A DNA stretch of 64,000 nt from an uncultured Coriobacteriales bacterium (GTDB taxonomy: Bacteria; Actinomycetota; Coriobacteriia; Coriobacteriales; UMGS124): the NCBI GenBank assembly GCA_934636245.1, contig CAKUAI010000003.1, positions 120,305 to 184,304 on the forward strand, in the 5' to 3' direction. The notes beneath the pieces were generated by a model that saw nothing but the letters and a program-made list of their open reading frames with translations, did not search any database and was not told where the DNA came from. The translations under genes and the position numbers were made by a program. Of the stretch, positions 18,691-27,312 are shown in pieces (the first letter of the stretch is position 1; every line of letters starts with the position of its first letter).

Positions 18691-18772
18691 AAAGCAGCTT
18701 GCGTCGCGGCCTTGTCGCACCTGTTTTTGAATAACGTCAAGCCGTGCACGCATATTTGTTTTAGATTGCTAG

Positions 18773-18808
18773 GCGCCCCGGTGGATTGAATCCCATCGGG
18801 GCGTTTTT
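18773..18808 (+). terminator. intrinsic terminator
   Basis: CGCCCCG - loop - CGGGGCG followed by TTTTT (18804-18808), about 85 nt after the stop at 18690. Confidence 0.7.
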
Positions 18809-18837
18809 AGCTAACAAGCTAAGTTTACGAGACAAAG

Positions 18838-18900
18838 AGACGGGTGCACTGTGTCATTTGACTGGTAGAGGCCCTGGTATGACATGCTGTACCCGGCCTT
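18838..18900. repeat. imperfect long hairpin element (box family), copy gamma
   Basis: GACGGGTGCACTGTGTCAT - TTGACTGGTAGAGGCCCTGGT - ATGACATGCTGTACCCGGCC. Same loop start (TTGACTGGTAGA) as the 14181 copy. Confidence 0.65.
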
Positions 18901-18907
18901 CTCGTCA

Positions 18908-18982
18908 TTGCTGGCCGGCAACTCGATCGGTATGGCCATGACCAACGGTTATGTCTGCGGCCGGGTAGTCACCGCGGTGTAG
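18908..18982 (+). pseudogene. orphan 3-prime relic (24 codons + stop) of a flavoprotein reductase gene
   Basis: Translates LLAGNSIGMAMTNGYVCGRVVTAV*. It begins at the same codon as the 14255 relic. It is followed by a 49-nt stretch (19001-19049) identical to 10268-10316. Confidence 0.8.
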
Positions 18983-19076
18983 GTTGCGCTGGCCTCGCCT
19001 TTGAGTGATTGGTCGACCCCGCTCGAGCACTGCGAGGAGCGTGCTTGGGTAGGGTCGATCTGCGTTTGGGACTGTT

Positions 19077-19113
19077 GGAATGACGCAAAGGGACGGGTGC
19101 AATGCGTCATTCC
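19077..19113. repeat. perfect 11-bp stem hairpin containing the 24-nt box
   Basis: GGAATGACGCA - aagggacgggtgcaa - TGCGTCATTCC. A degenerate copy is at 14521-14557. Confidence 0.7.
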
Positions 19114-19148
19114 GCAGTGATGTGGGAGGCTGGCGGTTGGGCCAGCCC

Positions 19149-19292
19149 AAATAAGACGCGAGTTTGCGTTTTAATCTGACCGGGTGAGGTAGCGGGTTGC
19201 CTGTGCTCGGCGTTTTGCCTGGTAGATAGGTTGCTGTTTTGGCGAGCTACTCGGCTTGCTGAATTAAAACGCAAACATGCATGATTTTTTAC
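19149..19292. mobile_element. MITE-like repeat, family 1, copy 4
   Basis: AAATAAGACGCGAGTTTGCGTTTTAAT ... AATTAAAACGCAAACATGCATGATTTTTTAC, with central CCTGGTAGAT. Confidence 0.75.
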
Positions 19293-19464
19293 CGGCTCCC
19301 GGTTGGTTGCGGGGCCGTTGGACCTCGAGCTGCTTGTTCCTCGTGTCCGGCGCGCCCGGTCATGCTTCGCCTCCATTACGTTTCGTCCCCACTGGCCGGC
19401 GCCGCCTTCCTGCGCGTCTATAATGCCTCCTGGCAAGACCCTGATCTGGGAGAGAGGACGCACA

Positions 19465-20091
19465 ATGAAGGTTCTGCTTGTAAACGGAAGCCCGCGGGAG
19501 AACGGCAACACCTCGGTGGCGTTGGCGGAAGTGGCCCGTGCGCTTGAAGCCAACGGCATCGAGTCGCAGGTGTTTTGGCTCGGCACCAAGCCCATCAACG
19601 ACTGTATCGCCTGCGGTAAGTGCTCTGAGCTGGGCGGATGTTGTGTCATCGGCAACGACGTGGTGAACGAGTTCATCGAGGCCGCCCGCACTGCCGACGG
19701 CTTTGTGTTCGGCACGCCCGTGTACTACGCACACCCCACGGGCCGCATTCTCTCGGCGCTTGACCGCGCGTTCTACGCAGGCGGCAGCGCCTTTGCCCAC
19801 AAGCCCGCGGCTTGCGTGGCCGTTGCCCGCCGCGGTGGCACCACTGCCTCGTTTGACGTGCTCAATAAGTACTTCACCATCAAAGAGATGCCTGTGGTTT
19901 CCTCCACGTACTGGAACAATGTGCACGGTTGCACGCCCGGCGAGGCTGCCCGGGACGAGGAGGGCCTGCGTACGATGCGCAACCTTGCCTCCAACATGGC
20001 GTGGCTCCTGCGCTGCATCGAGGCCGGTCGCGCCGCGGGCATCGAGACGCCGCAGGCCGAGAGCGGCCCGTCGACGAACTTCATTCGATAG
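19465..20091 (+). CDS. iron-sulfur flavoprotein (Isf) / NADPH-dependent FMN reductase family, cytoplasmic
   Basis: ATG 19465 in track ORF 19303..20091 gives MKVLLVNGSPRENGNTS (flavodoxin-like FMN-reductase N-terminus). Compact Cys cluster DCIACGKCSELGGC (CX2CX2CX5C). No signal peptide. Confidence 0.8.
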   Translation: MKVLLVNGSPRENGNTSVALAEVARALEANGIESQVFWLGTKPINDCIACGKCSELGGCCVIGNDVVNEFIEAARTADGFVFGTPVYYAHPTGRILSALDRAFYAGGSAFAHKPAACVAVARRGGTTASFDVLNKYFTIKEMPVVSSTYWNNVHGCTPGEAARDEEGLRTMRNLASNMAWLLRCIEAGRAAGIETPQAESGPSTNFIR

Positions 20092-20275
20092 TCTAAAGGC
20101 CTTACCAACCTTGCGGGCCCCGGCCGGCAGGTACTTGCAGCTTGCAGGTCGGGGCTCATGCTTCCGCGACGTCCTCAGCGCCTCCCCTCTGCTTCTTTTG
20201 TCCTTGTTGGACTGATGCGCCTGCCAGGCGCTATCATGGGCTGCTTGACAATTATGAGGCAAGGCAACGGAGGGC

Positions 20276-21736
20276 ATGCAGGTGGACGGGCAAAGCGAAA
20301 ACGAGTCGATGGCGGGCGAGATGGCGCGTCCGGCTCCCATGATGTTCCACCCCGAGCTCTCCACGTCTCGCCGTTGGGCCGTGCTCGTCAGCTTCGTGTG
20401 GGCCTCGGCCATCTCCATCATGAGCCAGCTCACGATGACCACCTGCCTGCCGTCGATCCTGACCGACTTCGGGGTGTCCACCGAGCACGGCCAGTGGCTC
20501 ACCACCTTGTACATGCTGTCGCTGGGCATCATGGTGCCGTGCAGCGGATTCTTTACCACCCGCTTCCAGAGCAGACATATTTTCCTTGGTGCCAACCTGG
20601 TGTTTCTTGTCGGTCTGCTCGGTGCGTTCGCGCCGAACTTCCAGGCCCTCGTGGCTGTGCGCTTTGTGCAGGGGTTGGCGGCGGGCCTTTTCATCCCGCT
20701 CATGCAAATCGTCGCCTTCAGGCTCTTTCCGCCGGAGCGCCGTGGTTTCGCCATGGGCGTGGTGGCGATTGCCCTGGCGGCGGGCCCCACGATGGGTCCG
20801 CTCGTGGCCGGCATCTGCACCGACCTGTGGGGCTGGCGCGCGGTCTTTTTGGGTGTGGGCCTGCTCACGCTGAGCTCCATCGCGTCGTACCCGGTGATGC
20901 GCGTGCTGTCCGACCCCACGCAGCACTGTCCCTTCGACGTGCCGTCGCTGGCGATGCTCGCCGTGAGCTTCGTGGGGCTGCTTCTGGGCGTGTCGAACCT
21001 GGGGGTGTTTTCCAGCGACGCGGCGCAGGGCCTCGTGGAGTCGGGCCTGCCTCTCGTGGTGGGCGTGGCGGCCCTCGCGGTTTTCGTCCGTCGTCAAAAC
21101 AGGCTTGCCCAGCCCCTGCTCAACCTCGCGCCCTTCCGCGACCGCCGCTTCGTCATGGGTTCGGCCGCCGTCATGCTCGTCTTTGGCGTGCTTATCAACA
21201 CCGAAGTCTTCATGAGCGTCTACATCCAGTCTGACCAGGGCTTTTCGCCCACGGTGGCGGCGCTTACGCTGCTGCCGGGCTCGGTCATATCGGCAAGCCT
21301 GTGCCCCTTCACGGGCCGCGTGCTCGACAAGCACGGCCCTCTGGGTCTGGCAGTCGTGGGTTTTACGGTGCTCGTTGTCGCAGGCACGCTGGCCTCGTTC
21401 GTTGAGGTCTCCTCGCCCCTGGGCTACTCGGTGCTCGCCTTTTCCCTGCGCAGCTTCGGCAACGGCTTCGTGCTGCAGAACATGCAGACGTGGGCGTGCA
21501 ACGTCCTGCCTGAGCATCTCATGACACACGGCACGGCCATCACCAACACCATGCGCCAGATGGGTGGCGCCCTCATCAACGCCTCGCTCTTTTCGCTCAT
21601 GGGAGCCGCGACGCCCGCGCTTGGGCAGATGGGCGGCATCAAGTTGGCGTTTGCGGTGTCGACGGTCGCCGTCGCGCTCATGGGCGCGTGGCTAATCGCA
21701 AGCCTGGCGCGGGAGAAGAGGGGAGCAGCGCGATGA
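20276..21736 (+). CDS. MFS transporter (14-TMS drug:H+ antiporter-like)
   Basis: Many hydrophobic helices, with an MFS-like N-terminal region (WLTTLYMLSLGIMVPCSGFFTTRFQSRHIF). The start codon is uncertain among several N-terminal Met. Confidence 0.75.
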   Translation: MQVDGQSENESMAGEMARPAPMMFHPELSTSRRWAVLVSFVWASAISIMSQLTMTTCLPSILTDFGVSTEHGQWLTTLYMLSLGIMVPCSGFFTTRFQSRHIFLGANLVFLVGLLGAFAPNFQALVAVRFVQGLAAGLFIPLMQIVAFRLFPPERRGFAMGVVAIALAAGPTMGPLVAGICTDLWGWRAVFLGVGLLTLSSIASYPVMRVLSDPTQHCPFDVPSLAMLAVSFVGLLLGVSNLGVFSSDAAQGLVESGLPLVVGVAALAVFVRRQNRLAQPLLNLAPFRDRRFVMGSAAVMLVFGVLINTEVFMSVYIQSDQGFSPTVAALTLLPGSVISASLCPFTGRVLDKHGPLGLAVVGFTVLVVAGTLASFVEVSSPLGYSVLAFSLRSFGNGFVLQNMQTWACNVLPEHLMTHGTAITNTMRQMGGALINASLFSLMGAATPALGQMGGIKLAFAVSTVAVALMGAWLIASLAREKRGAAR

Positions 21737-22164
21737 ACATCGCCGTGAGTGCCTGCCTTCTGGGCACGCCCTGCCGCTACGACGGCGGCTCCAAGCCTTG
21801 CGATGCCGTGCTCGCCCTGGGAGAGCGTCACACCCTCGTGCCCATCTGCCCCGAGGTCATGGGAGGGCTTCCCACTCCGCGCCTGCCCAGCGAGATCGTC
21901 TGCGCCGAGCCCTGTTGCGTGCGTAACGCCGAGGGTGCCGACAACACGGAGGCCTTCGTGCGTGGGGCCGAGCTCGCCCTTGCCTGCGCGCAAGAACGCG
22001 CCTGCGAGCTGGCCATCCTCAAGGCCAAGAGCCCCAGCTGCGGCATCGGCCGCGTCTACGACGGTACCTTCACCGGCACGCTCACTTCCGGCGACGGTGT
22101 TGCGGCCGCCCTCTTCAAGCAGGCCGGCATCCCTACGACCGATGAGAACCACCTCCCCGAATGA
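21733..22164 (+). CDS. DUF523 family protein
   Basis: ATG 21733 overlaps the MFS stop (ATGA). N-terminus MNIAVSACLLGTPCRYDGGSK...LVPICPEVMGGLPTPR, with KAKSPSCG, is typical of DUF523. Confidence 0.7.
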   Translation: MNIAVSACLLGTPCRYDGGSKPCDAVLALGERHTLVPICPEVMGGLPTPRLPSEIVCAEPCCVRNAEGADNTEAFVRGAELALACAQERACELAILKAKSPSCGIGRVYDGTFTGTLTSGDGVAAALFKQAGIPTTDENHLPE

Positions 22165-22208
22165 CACAAGGGGACGGCCGTGTCGCGTCATCCCGACACT
22201 CCGCGCGC

Positions 22209-23684
22209 CTACCCCACTTCCTTCTCGCACAGAAGGTCGATGAGTTCCTGCTGGGAGTGGACGCCCATCTTGGCGTAGACGTTCTTCACGTGGTACTTCA
22301 CCGTGTTGTAGCTGATGCCGAGCTCCTCTTGGATGCGCGTGGCGGTGTTGCCGTGGGCGAGCAGCGTCATGACGTCGGCCTCGCGTGCCGTGAGGGCGTA
22401 GCGCGCCACCGCCTGCTCGCAGCGGGAGGCGAGGCTGTCGACATACTGCACCTCCACCTGTGGGGCCGCCACGTCGGGTGCGATGCCCTCGATCGCCGCG
22501 TCGAACACAAACGAGCGCCGCGTGAGCAGCGTATAGAGCACAAGGCCGGCCAATACGGCGATTACCAGGGCGTTCTGCAGCAGTTTGTCCCCGGCGAGCA
22601 GGGGAGCAAGGAAGCTGTTGGGAACAAGCCAGAGCGTCACGCCGACCGTGATGCCCGCGTAGCTTATGGCGTTGCCCCAGCAGATGGTGGGGATCGCCTC
22701 GGCGGTGTTGCGCTGCGCCGCAGCCGACAAGGCAAGCCAAATAAGCAGCTGCAGGCACATGTAGCCCATCATGAGCAGGGTGCTCGCGAGCTGTCCCGTG
22801 CGGGCGTCCCCCGTCAGCACGAACATGAACCCGACGGCCACGCTGAAAAAGGCCGCGACGAAGAGCGAGTCGACCTTCGTGGCGGCCTTCGCCTTCCAGG
22901 CGTAGAGGGCGACCGCCCCCGACGAGGCAAGGGAGGCGATGCTCACCGTCAGGGGTCCGGCGTAGTTCTCGCAGCGCAGGGCAAAGCCGTAGGCAACGCT
23001 GAAGACGAAGATGTACACATAGAACGCATGCGACAGGGGCAGGACCGCCTCGGGCTGGGCGACCTGCTGGCTTGACGTGGGCTCGACCAGGGGGAGGCGC
23101 TCGAAAAAGCCCTGGGTAAGGGGCCGGCAGAGCACGACGACCGCGACGCTTGAGACGGCCGCGATGAGGTTCACCAGTCCATAGGGCGCCCATTCGTTTA
23201 TGGCAAACGCCAACACGATGCCCGCCAGGCCCGATAGCGCCATGGAGAGGCAGGCTTGCCGGCGCGGCAGGCGCGCGAGGGACAACAGCCACAAGACGAT
23301 GCCCCACAGGTCGATGGGCGCCACCGCCACGACGCCGGCGACAATTGCAGGGGCGCTGCCAAGCACGACGCCAACGGCGCACAGGGCGTATCCCGCGACA
23401 CTCAGCCCGATGGTGCAGACGGTAAGCATGCGGGGCCGGATGAGTGCGGGCCGTTTGCGCGCGATTACGAGACAGGCGATGGCCAGGGCGATGCTGACCG
23501 CAGTGGAGAGGTCGCGTGACCAGTTGAAGATGCCGTCGTAGGCAAGGTAGAGCGTGCCGTTGAACACGAGCGTCATCATCATGGAGAGCGCGCTGGCAAT
23601 GAAAAGCCGCATGTATTCGGCCCTTGTGAGACCGTCTTCGTTGCGCGATGCCTGCGTTTCGCTCATGTCGCCCTGACCCTCCAT
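22209..23684 (-). CDS. LuxR-family transcriptional regulator with a polytopic N-terminal membrane domain
   Basis: C-terminal HTH LTAREADVMTLLAHGNTATRIQEELGISYNTVKYHVKNVYAKMGVHSQQELIDLL. The long track ORF (to 24110) runs into the divergent gene. The likely start is ATG 23684 (MEGQGDMSETQ); 23666 or 23702 are also possible. Confidence 0.8.
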   Translation of the reverse strand: MEGQGDMSETQASRNEDGLTRAEYMRLFIASALSMMMTLVFNGTLYLAYDGIFNWSRDLSTAVSIALAIACLVIARKRPALIRPRMLTVCTIGLSVAGYALCAVGVVLGSAPAIVAGVVAVAPIDLWGIVLWLLSLARLPRRQACLSMALSGLAGIVLAFAINEWAPYGLVNLIAAVSSVAVVVLCRPLTQGFFERLPLVEPTSSQQVAQPEAVLPLSHAFYVYIFVFSVAYGFALRCENYAGPLTVSIASLASSGAVALYAWKAKAATKVDSLFVAAFFSVAVGFMFVLTGDARTGQLASTLLMMGYMCLQLLIWLALSAAAQRNTAEAIPTICWGNAISYAGITVGVTLWLVPNSFLAPLLAGDKLLQNALVIAVLAGLVLYTLLTRRSFVFDAAIEGIAPDVAAPQVEVQYVDSLASRCEQAVARYALTAREADVMTLLAHGNTATRIQEELGISYNTVKYHVKNVYAKMGVHSQQELIDLLCEKEVG

Positions 23685-23883
23685 GGTCACCCCCAATTTC
23701 ATCGCGAGAAAATATACCACGTCTAGCAGGCGTTTGTCTGAACCCACTCGCAGCGGGTAGGGCGTTTTGCGGGCCGGGTGGGTAGAGTTCGGGTTGTTCG
23801 CGGCAAGGGAGGCGCACACAGAGACCACCTGCCGCCATACATTTCGCTTGTCACAATCAAGCACATGAGAAAGGATTCCAACC

Positions 23884-25950
23884 ATGGATCGTCGTTCTTT
23901 TGTCACTGGTTCCGCCCTGGGTCTGGCGGGCATCGCCGCCTCGGGCGCCATCGCCGGCGTCGCCCTGGCCGAAGAGGCCGCGGCCACCGAGGCCCCCGTC
24001 GCCACCGCCACGGCGGCCGAGGGCGCCCTCGCCGGCGCCGGCGTCTCCATCCCCGACGCCGCCCCCGCTTGGCTTGGCGCCGAGCCCGAGGTGGACGCCG
24101 CCGACATCACCGCGACCTACGACTGCGACATCCTCGTCGTCGGCGCGGGCTGCGCCGGTTCTGCCGCTGCCGCCACTGCCGCCGAGCTGGGCCTCAACTG
24201 CATCACGGTCGAGCGCGCCTCCTGCGTGCCCGAGACCCGCGAGTACCTCTGCGGCGTCAACACCAAGTACACTGCCGGCGAGGAGCCCGTCGACACCGGC
24301 AAACTCCTCAACGAGATCAGCCGCTACTCCTCCGGCAAGGCCGACCGCGACCTCATCAAGATGTTCATCGACAACTCCGCTGAGACCGTCGAGTGGGTGG
24401 GCAGCTACCTGGAGGCCGCCGGCAAGGAGTGCGTCATCGACGTGCCGAGCGACCACGCCACGGGTGGCACCGACTACTACCTGCCCGTCGTGCAGCACGA
24501 CTGGGAGCCTTCCTACACCCACCCCATGCGCAACGACCTCTTTATGGAAAAGGCCGCCGAGGAGGGCAACGCGGTTCTCTACAACTGCAAGCTCGTCAAG
24601 CTCATCCATGATGAGGAGGGTGTGAAAGGCGGCATCTGCGATTACGAGGGCAACCTTATTCAGATCAACGCTGCGCACACCGTCATCGCCACGGGTGGCT
24701 ATGGCGCCAACCCCGAGATGATGATGGCCCTGCAGCCTGACACCGTGCACTGCACCACCGCTTGCAGCTACCATGGCCTCGACGACGGTTCGGGCATCAA
24801 GGCTGGTATCTGGGCCGGTGGCTCCAAGCAGCCCGACGCCACGCCCATGATCTTCGATCGCGGCGCTGTGGTGCCCGGCCAGAATGCCGGCTATGAGCTG
24901 TGCGACGACGGCGCCTACCGCTTCCCTGGCAAGAATTACCAGCTCAATATCGGTAGTCAGCCCTTCCTTAAGGTCAACCGCGACGGCAAGCGCTTCGCCA
25001 ACGAGTCCACGCCCTATGACAACATGCTCTTTGCCACGCGCCGTCAGCCCGGCGGCGTGTTCTGCCAGGTGTTCGACGGCAACTGCGACCCGGACATTGT
25101 GCGCTTCTCGATGATCGGTTGCGCGAGCTACACCACCGCCATGGTGCGCGACGCCGGCTTCACCGCCGAGGAGTTCATCTCCATGGACGGCGGCGACGGC
25201 CTGTTCGTGAAGGCCGACACGCTTGAGGAGCTTGCCGACAAGCTGGGCTTCGAGGGCGACGCCAAGGACACCTTCCTGGCAACCTGCGAGCGCTACAACG
25301 AGCTGTTCGACGCCCAGAAGGACGACGACTACGGCAAGGAGGACTACCGCCTTTCCGAGCTGCGCACCCCGCCCTTCTACGGCTGCTGGTACGGCGCCTC
25401 GCTGCTCGGCACGCTCGACGGCCTCAACATCAACGCCAAGATGCAGGTGCTCGACGCCGACTACAACGTGGTGCCCGGCCTCTATGCCGCCGGCGACGCC
25501 TCGGGCAGCTTCTTCTACACCAACTACCCTGAGTACATCCCCGGCCTGGCCGCCTGCCGCTCGGTCACCGAGGGCCGTCAGTGCGTCAAGATGATCGCCG
25601 AGGACGCGGGCCTTGCTGCAGGTGCCGAGAAGACCCAGGTAGAGGCTCCTGTGGCAACTCCCGCTGTGGCCGACTGCGCCGACGGCGCCTACACGGGCAG
25701 CGCCGAGGGCATCGGTGGCACCCTCAACGTGACGATTGAGATCTCTGGCGGCAAGCTCACGGTGACCGAGATTGGCCCCAACTACGAGACTCCTCGCTAC
25801 CCGGGCTACGGCGCCATCGAGAACGGTACCTTCGCCGAGCAAATCGAGGCTGCTCAGTCCGACCAGATCGACGGCGTCACCATGGCGACCATCACCACCG
25901 GCGCCATCAAGCGTGCCCTGCGCGACGCCCTCTTGCAGGCTGCGAAGTAA
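23884..25950 (+). CDS. Tat-exported flavin reductase: FAD-dependent fumarate-reductase-like domain + C-terminal FMN_bind domain
   Basis: Signal peptide MDRRSFVTGSALGLAGIAASGAIAGVALA. FAD motif ILVVGAGCAGSAAAATAAELG. The C-terminal ~90 aa (DGAYTGSAEGIGGTLNVTIEISGGKLTV...) carry the flavinylation-like motif D-G-V-T-M-A-T (nt 25870-25890). Confidence 0.85.
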   Translation: MDRRSFVTGSALGLAGIAASGAIAGVALAEEAAATEAPVATATAAEGALAGAGVSIPDAAPAWLGAEPEVDAADITATYDCDILVVGAGCAGSAAAATAAELGLNCITVERASCVPETREYLCGVNTKYTAGEEPVDTGKLLNEISRYSSGKADRDLIKMFIDNSAETVEWVGSYLEAAGKECVIDVPSDHATGGTDYYLPVVQHDWEPSYTHPMRNDLFMEKAAEEGNAVLYNCKLVKLIHDEEGVKGGICDYEGNLIQINAAHTVIATGGYGANPEMMMALQPDTVHCTTACSYHGLDDGSGIKAGIWAGGSKQPDATPMIFDRGAVVPGQNAGYELCDDGAYRFPGKNYQLNIGSQPFLKVNRDGKRFANESTPYDNMLFATRRQPGGVFCQVFDGNCDPDIVRFSMIGCASYTTAMVRDAGFTAEEFISMDGGDGLFVKADTLEELADKLGFEGDAKDTFLATCERYNELFDAQKDDDYGKEDYRLSELRTPPFYGCWYGASLLGTLDGLNINAKMQVLDADYNVVPGLYAAGDASGSFFYTNYPEYIPGLAACRSVTEGRQCVKMIAEDAGLAAGAEKTQVEAPVATPAVADCADGAYTGSAEGIGGTLNVTIEISGGKLTVTEIGPNYETPRYPGYGAIENGTFAEQIEAAQSDQIDGVTMATITTGAIKRALRDALLQAAK

Positions 25951-26010
25951 CACGAAGGGGCGGGTGCGGTGTGCCATTCGCACGCCGCTACCTGCTAGAT
26001 AGCTAAACAC

Positions 26011-26045
26011 GCGCCCGGGGCCAGCCTCATGCCGGCCCCGGGCGC
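26011..26045. terminator. GC-rich hairpin between convergent genes
   Basis: GCGCCCGGGGCC - agcctcatgcc - GGCCCCGGGCGC, a 12-bp perfect stem. It lies between the stop at 25950 (+) and the stop at 26094 (-). Confidence 0.6.
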
Positions 26046-26093
26046 ACTTGTTTGCCGTATGTGCTGGCACGCCGCCTGCCGCGCCGCTCCGAG

Positions 26094-26558
26094 CTAGCTG
26101 ATGCGGAAGTTGCCTTCGAGCGGGTCGAAGCCGAACCAGTGGAAGCCGTCGATGTCGTAGGACGTGCACACCACGGGGAAGTCGACGCCCTTGTCGGTGT
26201 ACCAGAAATGCTTGATGTTCACCGAGTAGGTGTTGCGCGACGTGGGCACGCATTGACCTGACCAGTAAATGAGGTGGTCATTGTAGGTGACGATGAAGCC
26301 CTGCACATACTCCCAAGCGTTTGCGCTGGTAAGAGCAGTGGAACGGTCGGTGAAGTAGAGGTTGCGCAGCGTGCGGCTGCCGCCATCGACGCACGGCACG
26401 CTCACTGCGGTGTTCCAGAACCAGCCGTAGGGGATGTCGCCCTCCTTGGTGGGCGCGGTGGGCCAAGCGGCGAGTGCCTCGCTTGCTCCCATGGCGACGC
26501 TTGCTGCAAGAGCCGCCCCTGCCGTTGCCGTAATAAACGAGCGCCTGCTGAGTTCCAT
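26094..26558 (-). CDS. small Tat-exported hypothetical protein
   Basis: MELSRRSFITATAGAALAASVAMGASEALA signal peptide. The Trp/Tyr-rich mature part has no recognised motif. Confidence 0.6.
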   Translation of the reverse strand: MELSRRSFITATAGAALAASVAMGASEALAAWPTAPTKEGDIPYGWFWNTAVSVPCVDGGSRTLRNLYFTDRSTALTSANAWEYVQGFIVTYNDHLIYWSGQCVPTSRNTYSVNIKHFWYTDKGVDFPVVCTSYDIDGFHWFGFDPLEGNFRIS

Positions 26559-26772
26559 AACGCACTCCCATCTTCGTAGGGGCGCAGGGCCATGGTGCGC
26601 CTTGCTCTGTCAGCCTTACTGTACCATCTTTGGCCTGGTTGCGCACCTGCCAGCCCTACGGGGCTTGTACGCCTTCCTTCTCAAAAAATTTTTCCGCCCC
26701 GTGAAACATCTCAGCCCTCGCACGCGTATATATCAGTGAAGGGCGCCCTTCGAGAGTGCGACAGCGTGTCAC

Positions 26773-27312
26773 TTGAGTCCGATGTCGCGCGGCTACACTG
26801 TACGTCCCCTGCGTGAAAGGACCGCATCCGTGCAAGACAAAGAGCAGTTCATCAAGGTGGTGAACATGCACAAAGGCAGTGTGTTTCGCCTGGCATATGG
26901 CTACCTGCGCAACCGCGCCGACGCCGAAGACGTGGTGCAGGAAGTGTTTCTCAAGCTGCATCGTTTCGGCGGCAGCTTTGAGAGCGACGAGCACGTGAAG
27001 CGCTGGCTGCTGCGGGTGACCGTCAACGAATGCACGTCGGTGTACAGGGCGCTTCGCCTGCGGCCGGAGAACATCGATGATTACATCGATACGCTCGAGA
27101 TGCCCGAGAAGGAGCGCGACGGCGAGCTCGTGCGCCAGCTCATGGCCCTGCCCACGCGCTACCGCACGGTCCTCTACCTGTACTACTTCGAAGGTTACTC
27201 GACTCACGAGGTCGCAGACCTGCTAGGGGTGCCCGACGCCACGGTGCGCACGCGACTGGCGCGGGGACGTGCAAAGCTCAAGGACGTATTGGACGAAGGG
27301 GGCACGCGATGA
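26773..27312 (+). CDS. ECF-type RNA polymerase sigma-70 factor
   Basis: Region 2 (DAEDVVQEVFLKLHRF) and region 4 HTH (YRTVLYLYYFEGYSTHEVADLLGVPDATVRTRLARGRAKL). The start codon is uncertain. Confidence 0.85.
   Translation: MSPMSRGYTVRPLRERTASVQDKEQFIKVVNMHKGSVFRLAYGYLRNRADAEDVVQEVFLKLHRFGGSFESDEHVKRWLLRVTVNECTSVYRALRLRPENIDDYIDTLEMPEKERDGELVRQLMALPTRYRTVLYLYYFEGYSTHEVADLLGVPDATVRTRLARGRAKLKDVLDEGGTR

Noticed and set aside
22209-24110. Long upstream extensions of track ORFs. Examples: 22209..24110 (633 aa), 5894..7876, 210..1616, 30835..32157, 36325..37326, 37311..39149 and 19303..20091.
   Set aside because: The extensions precede the recognisable N-termini (RR signal peptides, LysR HTH, flavodoxin start). 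They often overlap divergent genes or repeats. Internal ATG codons with Shine-Dalgarno-like sequences were preferred.
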